Counted from the first letter of the whole stretch, positions 24,364 to 37,348 are shown. The stretch is 61,622 bases of DNA, filler included, from Diploschistes diacapsis (GCA_023645945.1; 7 parts of 7 records of this genome joined end to end with filler, not necessarily neighbours in it), one strand, 5' to 3'. Notes: generated by a model not told the origin, from the sequence alone. Numbers and translations: made by a program.

Positions 24364-26041
24364 TTATCCCCCGAAAGTATCCTCTGCAATGATATCTGCT
24401 GCTCGTTCAGCCACCGCGTATAAGGTCGCCTGCGGATGAGCTCCGATAGGGACCGGCAACACGCTGTTGTCCACCACTCTGAGCCCTTCCACACCGTACA
24501 CCGCAAGTTTGGTGTCGACAACGCGTCCCATGGCCGCAGTGCCAGCGGAGTGATAGTGCGGCCCGCCCGCGGCTCGAATGCGGGCGTCGATATCAGAGTC
24601 CGATGATGCCGGAGTCAGTTCTGGCATTCCAGGAGGAGCTGCCTCGCACTCGAAATGCTCTTTGCCAGATGGGGTAGCGAGTAAAGCTTCCAATATGCGT
24701 CGTGTACCGTGTATCAGGACGGCACGGTCTATCGCAGTATCATAGTAGTTTGGATCAATCACAGGGTTATCCGCAGGGCTCGCGGAGGAGAGAGTGACGG
24801 TACCGCGCGACGTGGGCGCGAGAATCATCATAGAACTCGTAACATAGCTGCCATCCTGAGGGATCCCCGGTAGTCCTAGAGTGGTGTATAGTACGAGAGC
24901 TTCGGTATGGCATTGGTTTGTATCGAAGAAAGAGTCACAGACTGCCTTAGAAGGGAGCTTGGAATCATGTCGGTCTTTTTCCACGGCATTGGCCAAGATA
25001 TCTGCCGGTACGTGCTCATTCACAGCCCAATCGAGTGGCATGCCTTTGGCCATGGTCTGGTCTGCAAATAACGCACTGCCCATGGCAAAGCCTTTGTCTG
25101 GATCACGCAGCTTCCACAACTGATAGTGAGCAAAATGATCAATCATATTTTTCCCAACCTCAGGTGCATCATACACAACCGTTATTCCAAGCTCCTTCAA
25201 CTTAGACGCCGGACCAATTCCGGATAGCATAAGAGGTTGGGGAGTCTTCAGAGCTCCGGCAGATACTATGATCTCATTCTTGGCTTCAATTCGTTTACCA
25301 TTGGCAAGTAGGACTCCGACAGCTCGAGGTTTAGCATCTCCCCTGGCTTCAGAGAAGAGCACTCGGTGGGCCAAGCTCTCGGTCAAGATATGAACACCTT
25401 CGAGACTGTACGCTCGATTCGCAGATTGGCGTTGCCCTTGGTACCAGCTTTCCAAAGACTCCGAAATACCAGCGAGGGTCCCATCACCAGGATCTTTGTT
25501 GAGCTTCACACCAGCTTCTGACCAAGCTGAAAAGAGAGGGTCGTGGAGCTTGTACTTGCGCTGGGGTTCACAAGCAGCCGGCGAGGTTACGTTAATGGGA
25601 CCATGGAAGCCATGGAATTTGGGGTCTGCATTGCGATCGTAATAAGTCTCCGACTTGCGGAAATAGGGGAGCATTGAGTTGAAACTCCAGCTATCATCCC
25701 CTACGACAGTTGCCCAAAGGTCATAGTCATTGGAGCAGGCTCTGCCCCATCCACCGTAGTTGATGAGACTGCCGCCGCCGAGAGCTTTTCCAGCATCAAC
25801 GGTATGCACGCGATCCGCTGTGTTAGGCTGAGGTGTCGTTGGGAATGCCCAGTCGGCTGAGGTCTTCAGAAGGGTGAGTCCCGCACCGAAGGTTTTGGTT
25901 CTCGAGTCTTCAGTTAGATCGGGGCCTGCCTCAATCAACAGGATCTTAGAAGAGGGATGCCGCTTGCTTTAGCCGAGCAGCTAACACCGATCCCGAAAGA
26001 CCTCCCCCTACTATAACGAAGTCGGCTGCCAATTTAGCCAT
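24364..26041 (-). pseudogene. GMC (glucose-methanol-choline) oxidoreductase with a +1 frameshift near the N-terminus
   Basis: MAKLAADFVIVGGGLSGSVLAARL then a frame change to [41 protein letters not shown]. Confidence 0.85.
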
Positions 26042-27452
26042 CAGATTCCACGAGGTTGTGGCAATTCTCTTAGTGCCTGGATGACAGACAAAACACTGTA
26101 AGATAGGGAATGTTCTGACACTCCAAGAAGGAAGTAAATTTTAAATTCACAAATGTCCTATGCCATTTGCGAAGGTTTTGTTTTTGAAACCCCCATTGCG
26201 ATTCTTTTGAAAGAAAGTTTACAGAGTAAATTACAAGTGTGTTACCTGTTATTGTTTATTACTCAGCTGTTACCGCTAAAGTCAAGCTAGGTACGCTACA
26301 GGGCAGAAGCGTCAGACCAAAGTTGTCTATCTGAGAGTCTCACAATGCCACCTTCCGTCCCCTGCCTCCTTCGCCGTACTCATCACCTCACCCCACCTTC
26401 AGCTCTGGATGCCAATGGTGTGCCATGCAGTGAAACTTTGCTCGGAAGCATCCCGATCTGGGCTTTCCCGAGCTTCCACAGTTGGCCTGCCAGTTGCGGA
26501 GACAGCCGTTCCAAGGAACCGAGCTGAGGTAAGAAATGTACAACGCTTCTGTTACTATTCCGCTGAAAGCCTCGATATGCTACGGGCGTGGAACGAATGG
26601 TGCCCAGCATGCAAAAACAACGTTTATCGAACCCTGCGATGAAGAGAATGATCGCATGAGAGGGAAGGAAGTACGTGATGCTATTACCCGCTTCCAGCCG
26701 TGGTAGGATCTGACGTCCTAGTAGGCTTAGTCGCAGGAACCCCCAAGTCTTCTCTTGTTTGCACTTTAGCGGCTTCGGCAAAAGAAGTAACGATACGAAT
26801 CTCCACATCTATCAGGCGCGATTATCGACGTATGTATGAGATAAGGAACCAGGCTGAACGTATCAGAAAGGATGCTCTGATGCATGACCAGTCCAAAGAT
26901 GAGCGCTTCTGGCTCTGCACTTTACACCGCAGCCGAGGCAGCCAAGCATGACACTCGGGTCATACTGCAGCTGAGTAGTAGCGCAAGTAATTGTGCGGAT
27001 CAACGGGCAGCAGCAGCGGAGGCAGATCTTGATTAGTGATCAATCTAAGGCTTGAGGAAGACGTGTGTTGAGCTGTGAGCCTCTGGAGGGGTAAGTGCCC
27101 TCTTAAGTTTTGATCAGGGCATAGGCACCTGAATTTTGCCTGATTTAGATGTCCATGGATAGCCATGAAGTCTGGCTGATGGCTGCTGGCCTTCTATTGC
27201 TGCTTTACCACACCTTTGCACCGTGACTGCTCTGAACTCGAAGTAGGTCCAACGATCTTGATCAGCTTTATCGGAGAGAGTGTATCCATGCGTTCATTCA
27301 GACTCGATCCGTTTCTCCTCGTGATGCTCATGAGGCTGAGGCTTTTTACTACATAATCGCTATCCTTTAACTTGCTTTTTCAACTATCTTGTCTTCAGTT
27401 CCATTACTGAAGACTTGCTAACTGGCCTTGAAGCTACCCAAATCTACTCAAC

Positions 27453-28417
27453 ATGGTTTCAAAAGCACGCTATTCCAGACTCTTCGATCTCTTAGATGAA
27501 GGGGATGAAGTGAACCAACGCCGCTTGGAACACTCTCAAAGGGCAGTCTCCTTAGCATGGTCTTTCAGCTTTACTTTTTTGATAGCCTCGAACTGCTGTG
27601 CTGAGATCAAACAATGTATCATTGTCGCAGAACTGTATCCGGCCCAAGCTGTCTTACTGTATGCTTCCACGCCCTATTCGTCCAAGCCTGCAGCAACTGA
27701 GCAAAAACCCCAACAGCTCCAGCACTGGAGGCGACCGAGCACCAGAAGAAGAGACTCAAAAGAGACATCGTCGGGCATAACCCGTTTACTGGAGATCCTC
27801 GGCCGGAGCTCGATGTAGCGTCGGCTAGGCTCGTAGAACGTCCGTGTCACCTCTGGTGGTTTATGGATCATGATGAGGCTAACGGTTGACTGCGACTATT
27901 ACCATCCGAATCTCAGAGGAGGAACTGTCCATCTAGAGTTCCCCAGCATCACCCTTGAGGATGGATCGGGGTACTTGGCGGAGCTGTCAGTTACACCATG
28001 AATTACATTGCGCGGTAATTTTCTGTTATCTATCACTATGAAAATGTCTTTTGGAAGTTATTACCACGCAGAAGCAAGTTAGACGTCATCTGCATCTGCA
28101 ACATTATAGGCAGAATATGACTGCTGATGAAACGGACTTCGAGAATGCCCATATTGGTGGGTTTCACCATCCTGCTTGATATATATGGTTTAATCCTAGC
28201 TTGCCGCAGATCATTGTCTCAAGTATTGGCGTGAGGCTGCAATGTGCCGTGGCGATACGGCGCTCACTACTCTTTTCTGGAAGGAAGGTTTCCCTGCCTC
28301 CCCCGTCTATAGGACGCACGAATGTGTGAACTAGGCCATCTAGATAGCTGGGCTAGAGCGAGGGCTGTTGATTTGTCCGATTACACAGTAATTGACCAAG
28401 AAGACCGACAGAAATAG
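27453..28417 (+). pseudogene. UstYa/DUF3328 RiPP oxidase, degenerate
   Basis: N-terminal TM segment, NPFTGDPRPELD, GYLAELSV/HELHC (frameshifted), HI|DHCLKYWREAAMCRGDT, HECVN* (W to stop). Confidence 0.8.
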
Positions 28418-28433
28418 GAATATAACCCAGTTC

Positions 28434-29338
28434 TCATTCATGTTCGTTGAGTTCGATATCGGAAATGATGCCAATGTCTGAAAAACTGCGCCACTTTCTT
28501 GTCCGAGCAATTGCTTTTTGGAAGTCGCGACATGTCCGTTGAGAACCCCGCCCCATCTGATAAGTGATTTGATTTACTCACAATCTCGAGGTCCGTATCT
28601 GCGGCGCACATCAAGGCCTGCCGTAGGTAGTCGAAGCATTGCCGAATACGATGCCTCCTGATTCTTGCGCCAGTCTGCTTCACATAGGACGTGGAATTCT
28701 GAAGAATATCAGCTTCTTTAATGGTCTCGAGATCGTCGATAGCATCATAATAGGAGATAACTATGGCGTGCTAACCGGATTAGTGGACGCTGCTACGAGA
28801 GACATCAGACTTACCAGGCAATGCAGTTGATGGAAAACTGCAACGCCCTAGATAAAAGGTGCTACCTCTGGATGATGTACAAATTCTCGTCCAGCTAGGC
28901 ACGTCGTCAGAACATCTTCTCTTCTAACCATACGGCGTTGTCGCTAGGCATTAGAGGTAACCAGAGTTCTTGAGACTCTGAAGTCGGTTTCTGCGAATAG
29001 CTCATATCGTGGATACCATACTTGGTGAATGGTCCCCTGCGGGCCTATAAGGATAAGCTAGGTAGAGCGAGAATATGATGATTGCGTCCTTACGGATCAA
29101 GCTACTAAAGTTGGTCGAGCCATGCAACAAGTCTTGTTCAAGTTAACATTGGAACCGATTACCCAAAAATATTCCTAAGGCAATCGAAAGAGTCGTGCAC
29201 AGCAGAAAAAGAACCAATGTGAGCGGGATGGACTATATTTTTGGATGGGTTCTTCTTTTCCAATCGCTCTACATCCAGTTCAGAAGATGGTACTAAGCTG
29301 TAAAAAGCCTCTGAGTTGGGGATGAATGACCGGCTCAT
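28434..29338 (-). pseudogene. UstYa/DUF3328 RiPP oxidase, degenerate
   Basis: *GVAVFHQLHCL, IRQCFDYLRQALMCAADTDLE, frameshifted RTCRDF; in-frame stops. Confidence 0.82.
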
Positions 29339-30786
29339 CTCTTTCCAACAAGCAAAGCACACACTTAGCACGGACAGAAAATGATTGGGATTATAAAACC
29401 AAAATAGCTTGATGTAGCTGAGAAACAACGATACTACTTATAGACGATCGAGCACGAGCTGCCAGGTCAAGTTCATCAAATGAAGAAAAGAGATAGGCAG
29501 TCCAAAAGAGCGCGAAGAAAGAAGAGAGTTCTGGAAGCACCTCTGGGTTTTGCTGGACAATCACGCCAGTAGAGTCAATAATGCGACATCCCGACGCCTA
29601 AAAATGCAATAAGAGCGGACCGGTGTAACTTGATGGGGTACAGTTTTAATAATAGTAAGTGAAAGCCTGCGGCTACTGCTCAACAATGCATGATAAGTGT
29701 TGCGTCAACCTTGGCGACTTTTATAGGTTCTGGTCTCCTGTACGAATTAAATCCTTAAAGTAGCCAAAGTAGGGCACGACCATGCATTCGGAGTTCGTTT
29801 TCTTGACCGTATGTATAAGAAAGAGAGCACGGCGCACTCGCTTGCTGGATATCTTGTCCGATTCGCTCAGAAATCCTCTCCCTTTATTGCGGTCGCATCC
29901 ACTCTGAAATGAAGATACCAAGCTTGATTTTTACGTTATATGCTTTGATAGGGATAAACTCAACGGATGCGGTAATCAAAGGTATGTTAACCCGCGCTCG
30001 CCTACTGAACATTTTCACGACTTGGAATTAATTGCGTTGGTATTTGGCAAGCCAAGAGCATTTTCAGGATAGACTGCTGATGCATATCTTAAACCAACCT
30101 GATGCAGACGAGCTCGTTCATTGCAGCTGGACTGCTCGGGGTCTTGAAGATCACCAACCCAAGGTAGATGGTAGATGAAATGGTTGACAGCAGCTGGATT
30201 GCTCGAAGTGAAGTGTCAACGACGACCGCCCCAAGGTTGATGGAGATTAAAATAGTCCATAGTAGCTGGATTGTTCGGGGTTTGGACGGCCGCCAGCCCG
30301 AGGAAGATGCATGTAAGATAGCTTCTTGCAGCTGGTCAACATAGCAAAACGTGAATTTGATGACTTTGGCTGCAATAACGCAGCACATCGTAAAACTTTC
30401 ACAAGGCAGGCATCGAAAAAGTTACCGTTAAACGAAAGAAACTCCACACCGGTTTCCGGGTTGAGAATAACTTGATTCCCCTCGCCAGTATGGTTGGAAG
30501 ATTAACAATATACACCACCAACCGCCTTAAGCAAGTATGGAGTGGACAGTAGTATCGAATACGATACAGAGAAGTTGCGCAAGGCGAGCAGGCGATAATT
30601 CGTAAAGAACCTGTGTATAAAAGAGACTTATAGCCTTGTGACGGCTGTATAGTTTGGTACAAGCAAACCAGAATATAGACGAAAAAAAATAAACGCTCAT
30701 AGTCTTTTATTATATTTCACTTCAATACCGGGTTTCTTCTCAAATCCACAAGCTTTGGTTAAAAGCTAAACCTTTCTACCTCCAAG

Positions 30787-32038
30787 ATGGCAGATGCCAC
30801 GAAGAGCAACACCTACCTGGTGACAGGTCCTAATCGCGGTATGCTTCCCCCTCCACTTATAATTCATCTTCCTGCCTCTTTCCAGTCACGCTGTCGTCTC
30901 TTCTCCAACCAAAGCATCTAATTTAACATCACTCCCCTTGTCTTTATAGCTCTTCCACCAAATAGGTACAAGCCTACTGACCCTCCTTTCTCGACTCCTT
31001 AGGTCTCGGCAGAGCTATTCTGACATCGCTTCTTTCACGCCCTGGAACGACAGTCATCGCAGCTGTGCGTGATCCCTCCGCATCACTTTCTCAGGAACTT
31101 TCCCAGCTTCCACGGGGTGAGCAAACCCGCTTGATCACGATCAAGCTGGACGCGGCGGTGGGATCGGACGCTGGCAAGGCAACTGAGGTTCTGGAGAGCA
31201 AGTACGGGATCAAGACCTTGGATGTCGTGATTGCGAATGCGGGTATAGGGAAAGATTATACGGGAGTCTTGAATGTGAAGGCCGAGGAGGTAAGAGACCA
31301 CTTCGAGGTCAATGCACTCGGTAAGTGACTCCCAGCTGCCGCAGAAAGAAACGGTTTTTCTATCAAGTTATCAGTGGCTGGGCCCCAAACCCCCCCCCGC
31401 TTCGTCTACGAGTGTCTCCTACCAACCAACTTTCCTCTAATAGCCTTTCTCAGGGCCTCTCAAGCTGTTCCAAGCTACATACCCCCTGCTGCACAAAGCT
31501 ACGGAGCCTAAATTTGTCCTTCTTGGTTCCCCATTCGGCACCACCAGCCGGATGGATAAGCATATGAACCCAATGTATGCTTACGGTGCGAGCAAAGCGA
31601 TGGCGCAATACATGGTGCGGCGGATCCATTTCGAATGCCCAGATGTGGTGGCTTTTGCTGTAGATCCAGGGCAAGTTCCTCCTTTCTCGGAACCTACAGG
31701 ACTGCACCGTCATACTGACCAGTAACCGAGAAGGCTTCCAAGCGCTTCCCTTACGTTACTGGCTTGAAACATACTGGGTCCGCTAACTGTGAAATCTCCA
31801 GATGGGTTCAGTCCGACATGGGCAACAATGGGGCCAAAATTTTCGGCATGGAAAAGGCGGCGGTGCCGCTAATGGACAGCGCTGAGTTTGTACTCAAACA
31901 GGTAACACAATTGGGCCCCCTCGTCTGACAGACCACGAAGATCCCTGTGGCTGATAGTTCCATCAGATAGATCAAGCAACGAGAGAGAAGACTTCTGGTA
32001 GTTTTCCATCCTATGGGCATGGCGAGGTGGAGTGGTGA
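30787..32038 (+). CDS. Short-chain dehydrogenase/reductase (nor-1-like ketoreductase family)
   Basis: YLVTGPNRG|LGR, VIAAVRDP, LDVVIANAGI, AYGASKA (YxxxK), DPG|WVQSDMG, ATREKTSG; four introns. Confidence 0.88.
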
Positions 32039-32548
32039 CTTCGAGCCGTATAGGCGAATAGCGAAAGGTAGCAAGGAAGCTATTGTTTGGGGCCGACTAA
32101 TGCTATATATATATACACTTTATAGTACAGCGATGCTCGTCCTCCCCTCCCTGTCCATGTGGCTTGAATTTCCTTTCATATTCCAACCTCTGCTCCCCCA
32201 AGCTTCATCACAGCCATCCAAGCAATAATCATGGGTATCGTAGCGAACGTGGGCGAGTGGCAAAACTCCTCTCCTCCACAGTCCAAGATACCAAAGTGAA
32301 TCGAGTATAAACCCCTCCCAGAGTGCGGGTAGGATAAGTGGCAACGAGAAGAAGCGAAGAAGATCGAAAAGAATCGGAAACAAAGTGTGGTAAAACGATG
32401 GACAAGAAACGAAGTCAACCCCCAAAGCTCCTTCAGCCTTCACCGAGCGTAAAAAGGAACGAGGGAAGGGTGGAGGGAGGAGCGTGGGCTCTTCCCTCCA
32501 ATTGAATAAACCCCCAATGTCCACCACCATCCCATTCTCCTGCTGCTC

Positions 32549-34402
32549 TCACGAAAGCGCACTCTTGATCGCCCCCTGCATTCCTCCGTTCTGCATCGCC
32601 AAGCTGGCATCCCACAGTGCATACCCGCCAAAGTTTCCAAGGCCCATGCCCTGCACCTGCTTGATCTCGGCCGCCAGGTCGTCGCCGCTGATATATCCGC
32701 TGCCCTGGCTCGAGTCCGCGATGGCGCCGACGAAGAGCTTGGCGTTGCTGCCGGCGAGGGACTGCGACCATGAGGAGACGGAGTCGGTGAAGGGGGAGCC
32801 GGTGCCGTGATTGCATTGGGGGTTATTGTAGAATTGGACCCAGACCTATTGTGGAGAATAGGTTAGCAAGAGGTTGGGCTAGATTTTTGATTGGTGGGTG
32901 GGTACAAAAGGGCCTCGGTGAGTTGAGGTGAGGTAAGAGAAAGACAAAGATGCGAAGTAGAAGCTTACCCAGTCCATTTGCTTCATCGCGTCAAGCGGAA
33001 TGCTCTGGTCTGGCTGCGGGCACTGCGGCGCGCCGGAGATGTAGTAGCTCTTGCTCGTGTCCTCGGCGAACTTGGAGCGCAGGGCCGACACGAACGCCGT
33101 GTACCCGGTCTGGTCCTTGTTCTCGTTGTCCACATCAATGCCGTCGAGCTTGAGGTTGGGAAACGGCCGAAGCAAGCTGTCACCGCCCAGGAACAGATCC
33201 CACACCGTGTCGGCAAAAGCCTCGGCCTGGGAGTCGGAGGCGAACTGGCTCTGCGAGTAGCCCGCCGCTCCACCGAGCGTGAGCATGACCTTCTTCCCGC
33301 TGGACTGGCAGGCCTGGATATCGCTTTGGAGATCTTCGCCGTTGAAGAGGCCCGTGGCGCCAGCGGCGGATTGGGAGGTCGAGGGCTCGCCGGTGGAGGG
33401 GCCGAGGTTTATGGTGGGCATGCCGCCCGCAGAGAAGAAGTCGTTGAGGAAAGAGAGCATGACAATATCATAGCTGGGGTCGTTGCAGATGTCGCCCAGA
33501 TTGTAGGTAGATGAGGCCTCCGATTGGCCCCACCAAGCTGCCAGCATGGAGGAGCCGGAGCTGCCACCAGGGGGACAGGGAGAGCTGGAGGGGGAGCTTG
33601 GTGATGAAGTGGATGGGGAGGAGGCGGGTGTAGTGGCAACTGCAGGAGGAGAAGAGGAGGCTAGAGTGGGAGAAGCAGGCTGGGCAGACAAGCTTGACGC
33701 TAGAGCTGAGGAAAGAGAGAGGGACGTGAAAATGGAGGAAAAGGTAGACGAAGCAGCCGCAACCGATGATGAAGGAGGTGGGGTGCCGGTCATGGTTTGC
33801 GTGGTGATGATGGTCGCCGTGGACGTCTGCGCGATAGTCGTGGTTTGTAGAGTTGCAAGAGAAGGGAGCGGCGCGCCTGTGGATGGTGCAACCGGGGCAG
33901 TTCCGGTGGATGGGCCGCCGAGACCGAGCCAGGCGTTGAGCCAGCCTTCGTAGGATTCGACCTCGTTGCTGAGCTGGTTGAGAGCGTCGGCCGAAGAGGT
34001 GTAGGTCACATCTTGGGCCCAGTTGTCGATCCAGGCCTTGAAAGAGTTGGCATCCGACTGAAGGACAGCGGAGCTGGGGCCAGTGGAGCCATCGCCTGCG
34101 CCGGAAATATAGGATGAAACTGCCTGTACATGGTCCTGAACTTGGCTTTGCAGCTGGCTGATAGAAGAAGAATCGGTAGAGCCGGCCTTGACGAAACCGC
34201 TCATGAAGCCTTGGAAAGACTTGACCTCACTCTGGAGGGTCTGGAGAGCATCGCGCTTGACGGGACCAGTCCTGTCGGAGCGCTTCGCGTGGAGACCGCT
34301 GTGGGCCTGTTGGTGTCTGTGTGGCATGGCCACGGCATCGTTGGCAAGGAGAGTGGAGACCGCTAGGGTCAGCGAGAGCAAAGACTGAAGGTTGAACAGC
34401 AT
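32549..34402 (-). CDS. Secreted GH18 (class III / group B) chitinase with long N-terminal extension
   Basis: Signal peptide; WWGQ, DIQACQSSGKKVMLTLGG, intact DGIDVDNE (DxxDxDxE), SGAPQCP, W|VWVQFYNNPQC, GGYALWDA. Confidence 0.92.
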
Positions 34403-35539
34403 GTTGAAAGGAATGTGAGCGACCGGCACTGGACAAAAAGAGAGAGATTTGGTCGTGTTGGCGGCAAAGGAAAGAAAGGAAAGATGCAGAGGCAAGTTGA
34501 GATAATAAGCAAACAGAGACCCGAGGATCAGAGCAAGGGGTCAATATGGTGTAACCTCCGGACGACGTCTTACAGGAGCCATCAATTGTGGTACGAAGTA
34601 GACTACTCGTGCCGGGTAAGGTGTAATGTAATGGGACCTTGACACGACCATATCTAGCGTCGCACTCCCCATACTTCCTGTACTTCGAAACGCTGCGCAG
34701 AGGAAGGTGAGCCTTGCCCTGCAGCCGTAGGCGCGGCACGATAGGTTGGATGATGGATAGTCTAGTCCAGTCTATCGATAGCTATCGATATCAAAGGGCG
34801 ACGTCCGGCAATCGTGGTGGTGCTGCGGGGCTGCAGGCTGCAGGTACGCGGACTGATCCTTCAGATGGGGATATAGCGAATGAGAAGCAGAGATCAAGCA
34901 AAGAGCAAGGAAGATTGGCTGACGCATCAGTGTTCTAGCGCTGACTGTTCCATGTTTCAGCTGCGGAGGGGGTGTTTGCGATGCTGCGATGGTGGACTTT
35001 CATTGGCCGGGCAGTGAGTGTTCCAGCCACCCCTATGCTTTTGGCAAATGACATCAAACAGAGGCGGTGTGTCACTGGCCACTGGGTCACGCGCTGTCCG
35101 AAGCAAAACTGATCTTCATTATTTTTATGCACTCTGCATTACATTATTATACTCCCAGACCTTCTAACGGTTAACTGTTAACGGTTACCCACATACCTCC
35201 CTAGTTCATTCCGCTGCTTTTTCTACCCTACTCTTTTACTGCAAGGCAAGAAATTCGCTGCGTGGTTTAGAAACAGAAAATTGACATGCGTTCAGAAGAA
35301 TCTCAGTGGGTCGGTGGTAGGTAGATGGAATAAGTAATTGTATGTCTGGAACAAAATCTCTCATATCCACCAATGTATACACCCATCCCCCCGCCCATGC
35401 CGGCTATGCTCGAGCACACCACCAAAAGAGAGAATCCACCTCCGCGCCGCTAGCTACACCCCCGTGTCTTCAATCGCGCACATCATATCGGCAAGAAGTG
35501 CCCCCAGCACCCACTACTTGTACACCCTTTATCCCCCAT

Positions 35540-37348
35540 TTACGCCTGAACCACCCTCCTCTTCAACATGATCCCCTTCGTCCAATCCGGCCTCGTCCCG
35601 CTCAGGCTCTCGATATTCTTCGGCCTGCTCTCGCCCTCCGGCAGCTTGACGTCAAAGTTCATGATCAAATGCACGAGGAACAGCTTGATCTCGTTCGCCG
35701 CGAAGAACCGGCCCGGACACGCTTGCTTCCCGTGCCCGAAGTGCATCGAGTCCACGCCCGTCGTCACGAACTGGTGCCGGTTCTCCATGCCCGGCTGCTG
35801 CCGCAGCTTCTCGAACCTGAACCCGTCGAACACCTCCGGTTCGTCCCAAAGCTCCGCGTCCAACGCGATCTCGGCCGCCGCGGTGGTGATGTAGGTGCCC
35901 TTGGGCAGCCGGGTGCCGTCGGGGAGGGTGATTTCCGACCAGACCTTGCGGTCGAAGGTGTTGGTGCCGAGGGGGTTGAAGCGCTGGGACTCCTTGAGGA
36001 AGGAGTCCAGCTTCTTGAGCTTTGGCATGCTGGCCTTAGTGAGGTAGCCCTCGGGCTCTGTCTTGAGGACTTCCTCGATCTCCCGCCGTAGGGGTTCGAT
36101 GTATTCTGGATGGGCTGCGATGTCGAACCAGGTGTGGCTGGACTGCACCGAGGTGGTGTGGATGGCGGCCATGGAGACGAGGAGCTGGGCGTGGGCCTGG
36201 TACTCGATATCGGACCTCCTGCGCTCGGTAGAGTTGTTCATGTTCCAGGTCGTCATGTCGGATTTGACGGGTTGGCCTTCTTGCATTTGCTGCAAGCGCT
36301 CTTTGACTACGGGAGTCATAAGACGCTGCATCGTGGCCTGTGATTCTCGGCACCGTTTTATTTGAGGGAGCCAGTAGCTTGCGAGGCGGCGCATGAAGCG
36401 GGGATATTTCTGTAACTCCTCTGCTGCCTGGAAGATGTCAATGGTGTAGGTAATAGTGCACTTGAGAAAGTCTTCATTCCGGTTCAGCTCGCTGCCGACA
36501 AAGATCCGACCAGACGCAAGAGCAACTCTACCTCCAGTTCAGAAACAGCTGCTTTGTCATCGGAGCAGAACGCTTACATTTTGACCAGGTCCGTGACCGG
36601 TTTGACTTCGGTCCAGTCTGGATTGGAGTGAACAAGGTAACATTAACATAAAGCGTGCGGTCGTATCTCACCTTCGCAAGCTGGGATGCATTCCTTGAAC
36701 CCATATCTGATCTCCTCGTCTAGTTCCCACATGGCATTCCCTATGGTAGCCATCAATAATCTGATATGCATGTAACGAGCCATTTGCGGACCAACTTACC
36801 CAAATGTCTTGTTAGATCATTCGTAACGCTCTTAACAACTATATCCTCGTGATATGGGGTATCTTTGAGCGCCATCGACGTCAGATCGGCCATGAATCTC
36901 TAGCACGAACGATCAGCAACCAAAACAACAACACTCGCAGACGACACGTAAGGCTCAATTCGGCACTCACATCCTTGTTGAGATCCTGCAAACTCAACTG
37001 ATTCGGCGGCAGAGCCTTTAGGCCCTCGATGAATTTCGGCGGAACAACGACCATTTCATTCCAGAGCCCACCTATCCGGAAGACAGTATCGCGGAACTAC
37101 TCGAGATCAGTCTATAGAGCACAATGCACCGAAACGTGATGGACCTTTGGATAGCCGGCATGGAGAGCTTCGCCCAAGGTAGGGAACTGGTTCTTTTTCT
37201 TGCCCTTTTCTGACACCTCATAACGAGGGACATGGGAAAGAGAATTTGGTTTGAAAACTGCCGATCCAAGAAAGATCAAGCACACGGCTGTTATGGCGGA
37301 GAGCGTAAAGACGTTGCCAATGGCACTTTGGATGACGTCTTCAATCAT
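35540..37348 (-). CDS. Cytochrome P450 (ent-kaurene oxidase-like secondary-metabolism clan)
   Basis: N-terminal TM anchor, SMAAIHTT (I-helix), LDSFLKESQRF (ExxR), FDGFRF, FGHGKQACPGRFFA heme motif; multi-exon. Confidence 0.93.

Noticed and set aside
26345..27050. Intact RiPP precursor beside the DUF3328 pair
   Set aside because: No clean signal peptide with repeated KR-flanked cores in the frames I could read.
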